Part shown: positions 34,011-50,058 of the stretch, piece by piece
How positions within the stretch are numbered: position 1 is the first letter of the stretch
Layout of the letters: each line of letters opens with the position of its first letter
Assembly: GCF_009914755.1 (NCBI RefSeq)
Contig: NC_060946.1
Direction: 5' to 3' (one strand)
DNA from: the human T2T-CHM13v2.0 reference genome, Homo sapiens
Length of the DNA: 64,000 bases
Notes under the pieces: generated by a model
What the model was told of the DNA's origin: nothing
Database searches by the model: none
What the model saw: the letters and a program-made list of their open reading frames with translations, nothing else
Program-made: the position numbers and the translations under genes

Positions 34011-34410
34011 AGAGCTGTGTTTTCAGTCTTTTTTGAGCTGTTTTACAATCCAATTTTGAATTGGTAAGTTTGGATTCATTCTGACATTTACAGATTTAAC
34101 ATCCTACTTCACAAGATGCTCATACCCTTAATCCATTACAGCCGATGCCTCATCCATCTCTGCTCGTAGCCTTGATCCATTACAGTAGCCACCTCGTCCA
34201 TCTCTGCTCATAGCCTAAAGTAATAGAAGCCAGAGGGAAGAAATGGAAGCCAACGTGAGTCCAGAACACACATTTTATAAGAGTATAAGAAATATAAAAA
34301 TAGCAAAGTATATCGTGAAGTTTGTAATAGATGTGCATGGCTAAAATTTATTCTCAATATATTCTATAAATTGGGAAAAAATATTAAACACATGAAAAGT
34401 AAGGAACTTG

Positions 34411-34707
34411 GGCTGGGTGTGGTGGCTCATGCCTGTAATCCCAGCACTTTGGGAGGCCGAGGCTTGCGGATCACAAGGTCAGGAGATCAAGACCATCCTG
34501 GCTAACATGGTGAAACCCCGTCTCCACTAAAAATACAAAAAAATTAGCCAGGTGTGGTGGTGGGTCACTGTAGTCCCAGCTACTCGGAAGGCTGAGGCAG
34601 GAGAATGGCATGAACCACGGGAGGCGGAGCTTGCAGGGAACCGAGATCGCGCCACTGCACTCCAGCCTGGGGACAGAGCGATACTCCGTCACAAAAAAAA
34701 AAAGAAA
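34411..34707 (+). mobile_element. AluY
   Basis: Y diagnostics; 16-bp TSD gaaaagtaaggaactt at 34394-34409 and 34708-34723. Confidence 0.93.
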
Positions 34708-35319
34708 GAAAAGTAAGGAACTTTCATCATTAATATATAACTAATATGACAAGAATGTGGTTTATGTTTTTATCTTTGCAAGATTTGGGAACATTTAGTG
34801 GAAGGAGGAAGAATTTATAATCATGAAGAGTGTGTATGATACGGGAGGGAGCCTTTTGACAAGGGGGGAATGGCATCACGAGATATGCTATGGTCATAGC
34901 TATGTAGGAGCGCAGCCAACTATGGTCTCCCCCGTCAAACGCACTGGGCAGTGTTCAGTTACCAACATTGAGATAGAGCTCACCCACCCAGGACAGAAGA
35001 GAAAATATACACTGCAGTCAGAAGCCACTGTGTAGGAAGCTCCTTTCAGAAAGAGGCAAGGGATATTTGACTTTTTATCTCTAGCGTCTAGTACAATGTC
35101 GAGAACACAACAGATATTCCATATGCACAGTCACATCCTATGTATCTGTATTTCTTTTCCAGCAGGAACTGGAGGTCCTACGTTTTGTCCATATGGTGAG
35201 CCAGTGCCCACATGAACAGTAGGATCTTAGCACTGTCACCTGGACATCCATTTAAATGCTCTTGTCTTAGCTAGTCAAAGTGTGGTCTATGAGTTTGCAT
35301 TTTAATAAGATTCCAGGGT

Positions 35320-36458
35320 GAATCTTGTGCATGTTACAGGGAAGCACTGTCCTACATCATATGTGACAGGCTGTCATAGTCACCATCATCACGGGAATCT
35401 TCTGCATGTTACAGGGAAGCACTGTCCTACGTCGTATCAGACAGGCTCTCATAGTCACAATCATCACGGGAATCCTGTGCGTGTTACAGAGGAAGCACTG
35501 TCCTACATCATATGTGACAGGCTCTCATAGTCACCATCATCACGGGAATCTTGTACATGTTACAGGGAAGCACTGGCCTACATCATATGTGATAGACTCT
35601 CATAGTCACCATCATCAGGGCAATCTTGTGCATGTTACAGGGAAACACTGTCCTACATCATATGTGAAAGGCTCAAATAGTCATCATCATCATGGAAATC
35701 TTGTGCATGTTACAGGGAAGCACTGTCCTACATAGTATCTGACAGGCTCTCATAGTCACCATCATCATGGGAATCTTGTGTATGTTACAGGGAAGCACTG
35801 TCCAACATCATATGTGACAGGCTTTCACAGTCACCATCATCACAGGAATCTTGGGCATGTTACAGGGAAGCACTGTCCTACATCATATGTGACAGGCTCT
35901 CATAGTCACTATCATCATGGAAATCTTGCGCATGTTACAGGGAAGCACTGTCGAACATCATATGTGACAGGCTCTCATAGTCACCATCATCACAGAAATC
36001 TCGCGCATGTTACAGAGAAGCACTGTCCTACATCATATGTGACAGGCTCTCATAGTCACCATTCCCATGACCATAGTCATGGGAATCTTGCTCATGTTAC
36101 AGGGAAGCACTGTCCAACATCATATGTGACAGGCTCTCATCGTCACCATCATCATGGGAATCTTGTGCATGTTACAGGGAAGCATTGTCCTACATCGTAT
36201 GTGACAGGCTCTCATAATCACTATCATCATGGGAATCCTGTGCATGTTACAGAAAAGAACTGTCCTGCATCGTATCTGACAGGCTCTCATAGTCACCATC
36301 ATCACGGGAATCTTGCACACGTTACAGGGAAGCACTGTCCTACATCATATGTGACAGGCTCTCACAGTCACCATCATCACAGGAATCTTGCACACGTTAC
36401 AGGGAAGCACTGTCCTACATCGTGTGACAGGCTCTCATAGTCACCATCACCATGGGAA
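35320..36458 (+). repeat. 75-bp VNTR, 15 copies
   Basis: Unit gaatcttgtgcatgttacagggaagcactgtcctacatcatatgtgacaggctctcatagtcaccatcatcacgg starting at 35320, 35395, 35470, 35546 and so on; one +1 and one +12 variant unit. Confidence 0.95.
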
Positions 36459-38019
36459 GCTGCATTTAGAGCATTTAACTACATGGGCTCTGAAATCAGA
36501 TGACTTAGGTTTAGACTTACTTCTACTTCTTACTAAGCAGAGAACTCTGAGTTGAAAACTTTACGAGACCCAGTTTTATCATGTCCAAATTGGAGGCATG
36601 GGGAAATTATAGCATTTTGCATAGAATATTGTTTTAAGTATAAAATGAAATAGTACATAGTAAGCTTCTGCCATACACTGACTGCACAATAAATATTAGT
36701 TAATAGTAACTCATTTAATCCTAAGGTCTATAAATTTGTACACAATAATTTTTTGTGACTACCTTAATTTTCATAATTAGTCTAGATTTAAAATCAAGGA
36801 ATATTCTTACGTGTAGTTGGCAATCAATATGACATGCCAAAATTATATGTAAGTATTTCATTGTTGGTGGGGATATAAGAAATTTACCATCAAAAGAGAG
36901 ATGATAATCTGTTTGCAGAGTCCAGAAAGCTGTCTCTCACATAAGAATTTGCAATTTCTGGGGGAAAAGAAAAAGTTGATTGTTCAAAGAAAGATTACCA
37001 TGGAGTCTTCTCTATAGCAATACCACAAATGAAAGCTGATTCTCATCTTCCTAACAATCTGCAAAGACGAGTGAAACACAACCTACTGAGCATCAAGTTA
37101 AAGAAGGAGAGAATTTGAGTGGCACAGGAGGAAATCATGTCACCTCTAGCAAAATCAATATGACCAGTGCTCCTCTGCCCTCCTCCGAGTCTAAGGAGGG
37201 GTTAAATATCAGTGGCTGACCTCAGGTAATGGAATGAGCAAAAAAGCTATAAAAATGCATGCGTTACATAATTAAGAGGGTGGGAAGGGATTTTTTAAAA
37301 AACGCAATTCCCACTCGGGTCCCTTCCTGTTCACCCCATTGGCGAAGAAGCTAGTCTTGCCCTAGAATTCTGGGAATGGCTGCAGACAAAACAAACACTG
37401 AGCAGACGAAATTCCCAGTAATTTACTCGTCACACATACTCAGCCCAGTGGGGGATGACACTGCATTTATGCAGGTCTACCCAGGGTTGCACTCTGGAAC
37501 AGAGGGTGTGGGAGGCAGGCTTGGTAGAAATCAGAGGGTGGGGTAACCCCTCGTCCCTTCAGGGATGTGCTTGACTAATTCAGAGTTTTGCAGTCTGGTG
37601 GGGGCATGAAAGCCATTAGGCTGAGGACATGGTGGGGTGCTGCATGAAATTTTAGGTGTCACAATACAATTGATCCCTGATGCTTTAACATCAGACATTT
37701 ATTTTCGTGATGACTAATATTTTGAGAGGCTGAGCGAAAGCTGCTGAGACATTGTAATAAGTGTTTAGGGACATGAGAGATTAGGAAGGCCACAGTTATG
37801 AGTAATGTAATGTGGAAGCCGATGCAAAGCTACTGCCCCCATTTATTTAGCAGGAGGCAGAAAAAGTGATCTGGGGTCTCTGGCAGAATAAGCGTGTTTG
37901 TAAATATTTGGATGATGTCATGCATTCCCCATGCATTGGTTTAGAGATCTGGGGTCTCTGGCAGCACAAGAGTGTTCATAATTATTTGGGTGATGTCATG
38001 CATCCCCCATGCATTGGTT

Positions 38020-40140
38020 TTCATGTCTCCAGTGAGTTGTTGGGCAAGTCTGATATTACTGATCCACACGCAGCAGGCAGCTTCCTGTACTGAGCTAGCT
38101 CCACCCCTTGGACAGTCCAGGACTGAATGGTTGTCAAAAATGTGAACTCCTTGATGTCCAGTAAAGGCAACTGAGGGAACTGTGTAGCATTGGTGTAAAA
38201 AGTGCACTTTCCTAAGAAGCATGAACTTAGAGTAATCAAAGCCTGTGGCAACAGTGGAACCCAGCAGGGCATCCACTCGCTGCTTTGTAACTTAAATAGG
38301 AATTCTTTGAGGAGCTCAGTCTATCTCTCAACTAAAGCAGCTGCCTGCAGCCTATAGGGGCAGTGGAAGCCCTACTGGACACTTTCACAAGCCTAGCACT
38401 GTGTTTTCTGATGAAATGTTGCCTTGGTCACCATCAGTAGTGTCAGGAACTCTGCAGGGGATAAGGAGTGTCCCTGTGAGATCCGTACTGTGTCCTTCGT
38501 TAAAAAAAAAAGGCATCTGTTACCTTGATTGTATTCTGAGTATCCATGAGGCAAGAAGTTTCTTTAATTCAATGGGGAGGGAAGGTGGATAATTCTTGGC
38601 AATTGTCAAACATTTGTAAAAATGTACAAATGGGGCTAATTGTTGGCCCAGCATCAGTGCTGAGATGACCACCTCAAGTTTGGCCAGTTGTGCTGAGGCT
38701 TGGGTGTCATCCTTTATCAGGGACATCCTGGCTAAGGGAGGGAAGACCGCAGCAACATCCCACTGAGCTCCATCACGTCAGATGATGGCATCCATTCAGA
38801 AGGTGGATGAACTTCACTGCTGGTCACTCAGTCGATCCCAAGGGGCCTCGGAGATGGGTGACTTCCAGCAACACAGCCTGAGGATGAAGGAGGCCAGTGT
38901 TTCCTGCAGATGAGAATGGCAGGGGGTCCAGGTTTGACTCCATCCTGAGGCAAGGAGGTCTCTGCAGCTGTGCCAAGGCTGTGGGGTGCTGCTTCCCAAG
39001 GCCTGATGGCCAGATGGGCATGAAGGCTCGTGGACATGGGTGCAGAGCCCTCTGTTTCCAGAGGGTCCAGTATGTGGTCAGCAATCACTGCCCTGATGCT
39101 GTACAGAACACAGTGAAAAGGGGCAGGTTTGTTTTTTACATCAGAAGCCCATGGACTACTTATGGCCACCATATGCAATCCAGATACTTCAGGAGGCATG
39201 GGAAGAGGTTGCTAAAGCATCCACAGTGTGTTCTCTGAGGGAATTCATAGGAGCACCTGTTAATTTAGATTCGGACAGATTCCAGACTTGTTGGAGGAGG
39301 CTTCATTCAAGGTGGGTCAGTTAGCTAATGACAGACAGCATCAGTGAGATTAAGTAAGATTTGTAAATAAGAAATATGTTGTCACCTGAACCCCAAGTAA
39401 AGAATTAAAGGGCTGGGAACAGTGGCTGACACCTGTAATCCCAGAACTTTGGGAGGCCGAGGTAAGAGGATCGCTTCAGCCCAGGAGTTTGAGACCAGTC
39501 TGGGTAACATAGTGAGACCTTTTCTCTACAAAAAAATAAACAAAATTAGCTGAGTGTGGTGGCACACACCTGCAGTCCTAACTACTTGGAAGGCCGAGAT
39601 GGGAGAATTGCTAGAGCTCAGGAGGTCGACGCTGCAGTGAGCTGAAATCGTGCCACTTCATACCAGCCTGGGTGACTGAGCAAGACTGTGCCTCCAAAAA
39701 ACAAAACACAAATTAAAGAATGTTGGGCTTGTATTAACATTGTGGACACTGAGAGGATCAATAACTATTTCTTGAAAGTGTCAGGAATAGAGCAGCCCCA
39801 TGTTTACAAAGGAATTTTCAGGAATTGAAGCAAAGTGGCAGGGCCTTGCACTGCTGTGTTGGGGAAAGGTCCATTCCCTTTGTGTAAGCCTCCTTGTATC
39901 TGTGTGTCCTTAGTGCGTAAAATGAATTTTCTCTGAGAATGATGTCATCAGTATAATGTCACACCTGTGCTCCTGTAGAAAGCTGGTTGCAGTGAGATCT
40001 TGTCTGTGAAGACTGCATGCAATAACAAGGCTGCCGAGGCACTCTGTGGGTCAACTGGTCCCTTCAGAGATGAAGGCAGGCTATGACTGAGACTCTGTTA
40101 AAATAGGCACTAAAAGAACATGGTAGCCAAATCTGTAACA
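38020..40140 (-). mobile_element. Degenerate class III ERV (ERV-L group) pol remnant: RT and RNase H
   Basis: Minus strand encodes DLATMFF..VPI (~40130), HYTDDIIL (39935-39958, YxDD motif) and RNase H-like SAQLAKLEVVISAL (~38655-38700); many frameshifts; split by an Alu. Confidence 0.8.
39411..39712 (+). mobile_element. AluJ
   Basis: Sense Alu with J-type diagnostics. Confidence 0.88.
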
Positions 40141-40164
40141 ACAAAATATTTATCAGTTGCATGA

Positions 40165-40590
40165 ATATATATAGGTTTATTGTAAGGAATTGGCTCATGT
40201 GGTTATGAAGGCTAAGAAGTCCCAGGACCTGCAGTCAGCAAGCTGGAGACCCAGGACTGCCAATGTTGGAGTTCCAGTCCAAGCCTAAAGTCCTGAGAAC
40301 CAGGAAAGCTGATGGCGTAAGTTACAGTCCACGTCTGACTTCAAAGGCGAGAGAAGATCTACGTCTCAGCTCTGAAATCATCAGAGAGTGAATTCTCTCT
40401 TCCTCTACCCTTGTGTTTTATTTGGGTTTTAATGGATTGGATGAGGCCCACTCACACTGGGGAGGGCAACTACTTTACTAAGTCTACATATTCAAATGTT
40501 CGTCTCATCAAGGAACACCCTCACAGACACATCCAGAGTGTTTAACCAAATATCTAGGCAACCCAACTTGGAAAATAAAATTAACCATCA
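40165..40590 (-). mobile_element. MLT2-type ERV-L LTR
   Basis: aggaattggctca...gattggatgaggcccac.cac...aaaattaaccatca matches the remembered antisense MLT2 consensus. Confidence 0.8.
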
Positions 40591-40621
40591 TAAGGCGAAA
40601 GATGTATATGATCTGAAGACA

Positions 40622-43142
40622 AATCAGGGTTGCAGGATGGTTAAATATCTGCAAGTCAATAAATGTGATACACCATATAAACAGAATTAAAAACAAAAAT
40701 CACATGATCATCTCAATACATGCAGAAAAAGGATTTGACAAAATCCAGCATCCCTTTATGCCTAAAACCCTCAGCAAAATTGACATAGAAAAAACATTTG
40801 ACAAAATCCAGAATCCCTTTGTGATTAAAACCCTCAGCAAAATCAACATCGAAGGGACATACCTTAAGGTAATAAAAGCCATATATGACAAACACACAGC
40901 CAACATTATATGGAATGGGGAAAAGTTGAAAGCATTCCCCCTGAGAACTGGAACAAGACAATGATGTCAACTTTCACCACTTCTATTCAACACAGTACTA
41001 GAAGTCCTTGCCAGAACAATCAGATAAGAGAAATAAAGGGCATCCAAATCGGTAAAGAGGAAATCGAACTGTCACTCTTTGCTGATGACATGATCGTATA
41101 CCTAAAAAACCCTAAAGACTCATCCCAAAAGCTACTAGAACTGGTAAATGAATTCAGCAAAGTTTCAGGATACAAAATTAATGTACACAAGTCAGTGGCT
41201 CTGCTATACAGTAATAGTGAACGAGCTGAGAATTATATAAAAAACTCGCCCCCTTTTACAATAGCTGCAATAGAAACCTTAGGAATATTATAATTCCTAT
41301 AATTATAATAGTATATTCCTATAATTGTCAATTGCATGCAATCTTTGCAGAAAAATCTTAATTATATCCGGAATACTTAACCGAAGAGACAAAAGACCTC
41401 TACAAGGAAAACTATAAAACACTGCTGATACAAATCATAGATACAAACAAATGGAAACATATCCCATGCTCACGGATGGGTAAAATCAATATTGTGAAAA
41501 TACCATACTGCCAAAAGCAATCTACAAACTCAATGCAATCCCCATTAAAGTACCAACATCAGTCTTCACAGAACTACAAAAATTCACATGGAACTAAAAA
41601 AGATATAGAAGGGACATACCTTAAGGCAATAAAAGCCTAGAACCAAAAAAGAGTCTGTATAGCCAAAGCAAGACTAAGCAAAAAGAACAAATACCAAAAC
41701 AGCATGGTACTGGTATAAAAATAGCCATATAGATCAATGGAACATAATAGAGAACCCAGAAATAAAGCCAAATACTTACAGTCATCTAATCTTCAACAAA
41801 ACAAACAAAAACATAAAGCAGAGAAAGAATACCCTATTCAACAAATGGTGCTGAGATAAATGGCAAGCCACACATAGAAGAATGAAAGTGGATGCTCATT
41901 TCTCACCCTATTCAAAAATCAACTCAAGATGGATCAAGGACTTAAATCTAATATCTGAAACCATAAAAATTCTAGAAGACAACATTGGAAAAAGCCTTCT
42001 AGACATTGGCTTAGGCAAAGACTTCATGACCAATAACCCAAAAAGCAAAAGCAACTAAAACAAAGATAAATAGATGAGACTTAATTAAACTCAAAGGCTT
42101 CTGCGCAGTAAGAGAAATAATCAGCAGAGTAAACAGATAACCTACAGAGTGGGAGAAAATCTTTGCAATCTGTACTTCTGATTAAAGGACTAATACCCAG
42201 AATCTGCAAGGAACTCAAACAAACCAGCAAGAAAAACATCCCATCAAAAAGTGGGCTAAGGACATGAACAGACAATTCTCAAAAGAAGATAAGCAACTGG
42301 CCAACAAACACATGAAAAAATGCTCAACATAACTAATTATCTGGGAAATGCAAATCAAAACCACAATACAATATGATACCCCTTCACTCCTGCAAGAATG
42401 GTCATAATCAAAAAATCAAAAACTAATAGATGTTGGCATGGATGTGGTAAAAAGGGAACACTTTTACACTTTTTGGAGGGAATGTAAGCTAGTACAACAG
42501 CTATGGAAAGCAGTGAGGAGATTTCCAAAGAACTAAAAGCAGATCTATCATTTGATCCAGTAATTCCACTCCTGGGTACCTATTCAGAGGAAAATAAATG
42601 ATTATATGAAAAAGATACTTGCACACGCATGTTTATAGCAGCACAATATGCAATTGGAAGAATTTGAAACCAGCCTAAATGCCCATCAATCAGTAAGTGG
42701 ATAAATAAAATGTGGTATAAATATTTACCACATGGAATACTACTCAGCCATAAGATGGAATGAAATAATGCATTCATAGCAACCTGGATGAAACTGGACA
42801 CCATTATTCTAAGTGAAGCAACTTAGGAATGGAAAACCAAACATTGTGTGTTCTCATTCATAAGTGAGAGCTAAGCTATGAGGATGTAAAGGCATAAGAA
42901 TGATACAATGGTCTTCGGGGACTCAAGGAAAGGCTGGGAGTGGTGGGGTGGGTGCAGTGAGGGATGAAACACTACACATTGGGTACAGTGTACACTGCTT
43001 GGGTGATAGGTGCACCACAAATCTCAGAAATCGCCACTAAAGAACTTATTCCTGTAACCAAACACCACCTGTTTCCCAAAAACCTATTGAAATAAAAGAA
43101 TCCCATCATATTCCCCAAAAACCTATTGAAATAAAAAAAAAA
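40622..43142 (+). mobile_element. L1PB-like 3' half with poly(A)
   Basis: ORF2 RT (LFADDMI) through 3'UTR (tacacattgggtacagtgtacactgc...aaaaacctattgaaataaaa). Confidence 0.9.
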
Positions 43143-43398
43143 TTAACCACAATATTAGGCATTGGGTACGAGGGCCTTAATACATGGGAGCACTGCAGTT
43201 ACATTACAGCAATCCACTGTGAAACACCATTTATTATTTGCAGGTTTAAGAACAGGCCAAATTCTACTGCTAAACGTTGAAGCAATGGGAATTATCACCC
43301 CTTCACTAATTAATTAGGTCTTATATAATACGTTTTATTTATTTGAAGTCATGTTGTAATTTATGTTGGACCATATTTGCTAATTTATCAAGATGGGG

Positions 43399-43715
43399 AG
43401 GCTGGGCACGATGGCCCACACCTGTAATACCAGCACTTTGGTAGGCCGAGGCAGGAGGATTGCTTGAGGCCAGAAGTTAGAGACCAGCCTAAGCAACATA
43501 GCAAGACTCCACTTCTATAATTTTTTTTAATTGGCTGTGTTGGTGCATGCCTGTAATCCCAGCTACTTGGAAAGCTAAAATGGGAGGATTGCTTGAGCCC
43601 AGGAGTTCAAGGCAGCAGTGAGCTATGATTGTGCCACCACACTTCATTCAGCCGGGGTAATGGAGCAAAACCTCATCTCTAAAAAAATGAAAAATTAAAA
43701 ATAAATCAAATTTAA
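43399..43715 (+). mobile_element. AluJ
   Basis: Sense Alu, ggattgcttgagcccaggagttcaaggc. Confidence 0.88.
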
Positions 43716-44196
43716 AAAAAAACAGGAGAGGGAGTTCTGTAATGTTACATTTGGTGAAGTCAATGTGTAAGTGCAAATGATTTAATATCAATTTGTTACT
43801 CATTAGGTCAGAGCATCCAGGTCCTCTATGGACAAAGGCTTCTACGACTACGGGAAGTTTAGTCAAGGTAAAAAATGTGAGGCATAACTATGTGTCCTCT
43901 ATTCTATATGCAGTTACTCTGCTAGGATTAGGGGGTGCAATGTTTAAATTTAGTGAAATCTCAGGTATAACAAAGTTTGAGCTCCAGTATTGATTAAGTT
44001 TGTGAAGGTATGCCAATTGGTAGATTTCAGCAGATGTTAAAATTGATTCAGAATATATGCTGGAGAGTTACAAATACCAATCAGCACACTTTTATCTTTG
44101 GACTGTATAAATTGTTTTAGAAAATAGTACATTTCCAATTAGGTCAGATGATAAACTTCCGTTTTAATTTAAATTTTGTTTTTCTGCATATCCAAG

Positions 44197-44578
44197 TTCC
44201 TTCCCTTCCTTCCTTCCTTCCTTCCTTCTTTCCATCTTTCCTTCCTTCCTTCCTTCCTTCCTTCCTTCTCCCCTTCCTTCCTTCCTGCCTTCCTTCTCCT
44301 TCCCTCTTTCCTTCCTTCCTTCCCTCCTTCCTTCCCTCTCTCCTTCCTTCCCTCTCTCCTTCCTTCCCTCTCTCCTTCCTTCCTTCCCTCCCTCCCTCCT
44401 TCCTTCCTTCCCTCTCTTCCTTCTTTCCTTCCTTCCTGCCCTCCTTTCCTCTCTTCCTTCCTTCATTCCTTCCTTCCCTCTCTCCTTCCTTCCTTCCTTC
44501 CATCCCTACCTCCCTCCCTACTTCCTTCCTTCCTTCCCTCTCTCCTTCCTTCCCTCCTTCCTTCCTTCCCTTTCCCTC
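44197..44578. repeat. Interrupted (TTCC)n/(GGAA)n microsatellite
   Basis: Direct reading of a ~380-bp polypyrimidine tract. Confidence 0.97.
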
Positions 44579-45446
44579 ATTTTTTTGCCGCTGGATATGG
44601 GGAAGGTTGTTCTCTTTCCCACTCATATTTATAATTTCTTTCTTTGAAACAGCCCCAAATCAGTGTCTTCAGAGTTAAGGTCCTCCTTGTGAGCAGATTG
44701 TGTGGTTTAAGAACCCTAGACTTAAGTCAGATTTGGATTTATCCCTTCTCTGTGCCTCAGGGGTACCGCAGGTGTCTTTTCCTATAACCCTGGGAATTAG
44801 ATCTTTGTTGCAGCAGAACCATAAGTCACAGAGCGATGCAGCACAACCAGCCCACAATTCAGGGGTCAGTGGATTGAAATCATCTTCTGCTATGGCTCCA
44901 TCTGGTTCTTCCAGGACTTCTCTCCCCCCCTTTTTTCCCTATTAGGGTGTTGAAACTTTAGTGGTATATACATTGTCTCATAATCAGTCAAAACTCCCTT
45001 TATCCCACATCATGGATTAAAGAAAACATTGCCAGGAGCCCTTCACTCTTCTAGAAGGACTTAATTTGATAGTTCCTTTTTCCATGGTTTAGAATAAAAG
45101 AGGTAATAACTAAAAGTATCTCCCTCATAATAGGCTCTACAGCAAATTCTACTTTAAAGGCTGTTGTTCGTGTGTTTAACTGTGGCTGCCCTTAATGTTT
45201 TTATCATCCACAGACAATTGTTGTCTCATTTTGGTCCTCTTTAAATGATGGTTTTATAATCAGCTATAAAATTTAATAGATGCCCTTAAATGCAGGATTC
45301 TGATTAATGACGCTGGAGATTGTGATATTAGAATAGAGGGAAAACTTTCAAATAGAAGAGTGAATGGTGTTTGGTCTACTTTGGACTGTATTTTTATAAA
45401 TATGTTATTAGTATGTGTTCCAAAATTATTGGAAACTTCTATAGAA

Positions 45447-45852
45447 ATGTAATCCCCAGTGTCAGAGACGGGGCCTGCTGGGAGGTGGCTGGTCCATGGG
45501 AGCAGTTTCCAGTGGTTCCCAGTGTCGGAGAAGGGGCCTGCTGGAAGGTGGCTGGTCCATGGGAGCAGCTTCCAGTGGTTCCCACTGTCGGAGATGGGGC
45601 CTGCTGGGAGGTGGCTGGTCCATGGGAGCAGTTTCTAATGGATAAGCATAATCCCCCTAGCGCTGCTCTTGTGATAGTGTTCTCATGAGATCTTGTTGTT
45701 TAAAGTGTGTAGGACCTTCCCCCTCTCTCTCTTCCTCCTGCTCTTGCTTTCCCTTCCACCATGATTGTTAAGTTTCCTGAGGCCTCCCCAGAAGCTGAGC
45801 AGATGTCAGCATCATGCTTGCTGTACAGGCTGTGGAACTGTGAGCCAATTTT
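45447..45852 (+). mobile_element. MST-type MaLR LTR with an internal 63-bp triplication
   Basis: tgtaatccccagtgt...ccttccaccatgattg..aagtttcctgaggcctccccagaagc; unit starts at 45455, 45518 and 45581. Confidence 0.85.
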
Positions 45853-45869
45853 CAGTACTCTTCTGTTTT

Positions 45870-46565
45870 CTTTTTATTTTTTTTAAATTTTATTTTAAGT
45901 TCCAGGATACATGTGCAGGAGATGCAGGTTTGTTACGTAGGTAAACGTGCACTGTGATGATTTGCTGTACCTATCAACCCACCGCCTAGGTGCCTACGTA
46001 TTAAGCCCCACATGCGTTAGCTATTTATCCTGATGCTCTCCCTCCCCGTCCCCACTGACAGGCCCCAGTGTGTGTTCTTCCCCTCCCTGTGTCCAGGTGT
46101 TCTCATTATTCAGCTCCCACTTATGAGTGAGAACATGTGGTGTTTGGTCTTTTCCTGTATTAGTTTGCTGAAGATGATGGTTTCCAGATTCATTCATGAC
46201 CCTGCAAAAGGCATGATCTCATTCCTTTTTATGGCTGCACAGTACTGCATGGCGTGTATGTACCACATTTTCTTTATCCAGTCTATCACTGATGGGCATT
46301 TGGATTGATTCCATGTTTTTCCTAATGGGAATAGTGCCGCTATAAACATACGCATGCATGCATCTTTATAATAGAATGATTTATAGACCTTTGGCTATAT
46401 ACCCAGTAATGGGATTTCTGGGTCAGATGGTATTTCTGGTTCTAGATCCTTGCAGAATTGCCAAACTGTCTTCCACAATGATTGAACTAATTAACATTCC
46501 TACCAACAGTGTAAAAGTGTTTATTTCTCCACAGCCTTGCCAGCATCTATTGTTTCTTGACTTTT
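45870..46565 (-). mobile_element. Older L1PA 3' end
   Basis: Antisense L1 3'UTR and ORF2 end. Confidence 0.85.
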
Positions 46566-49760
<3,195 letters not shown>

Positions 49761-49769
49761 GTGTATTTA

Positions 49770-50058
<289 letters not shown>

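Noticed and set aside
35320-36458. CRISPR-like array
   Set aside because: Whole units repeat with no unique spacers, there are no cas genes, and the context is primate
37941-39238. Possible processed pseudogene of a cellular gene
   Set aside because: RT YxDD and RNase H motifs identify it as ERV-L pol debris
40165-40590. DUX4 binding site in MLT2 forming a feedback loop
   Set aside because: The nearest match (ggattggatga) does not fit the TAAYYYAATCA consensus
44144-44678. ORFs of repeated PSFL or GRKE
   Set aside because: Translation of a (TTCC)n microsatellite; pure GGAA runs are short, so an EWSR1-FLI1-type enhancer is not claimed either
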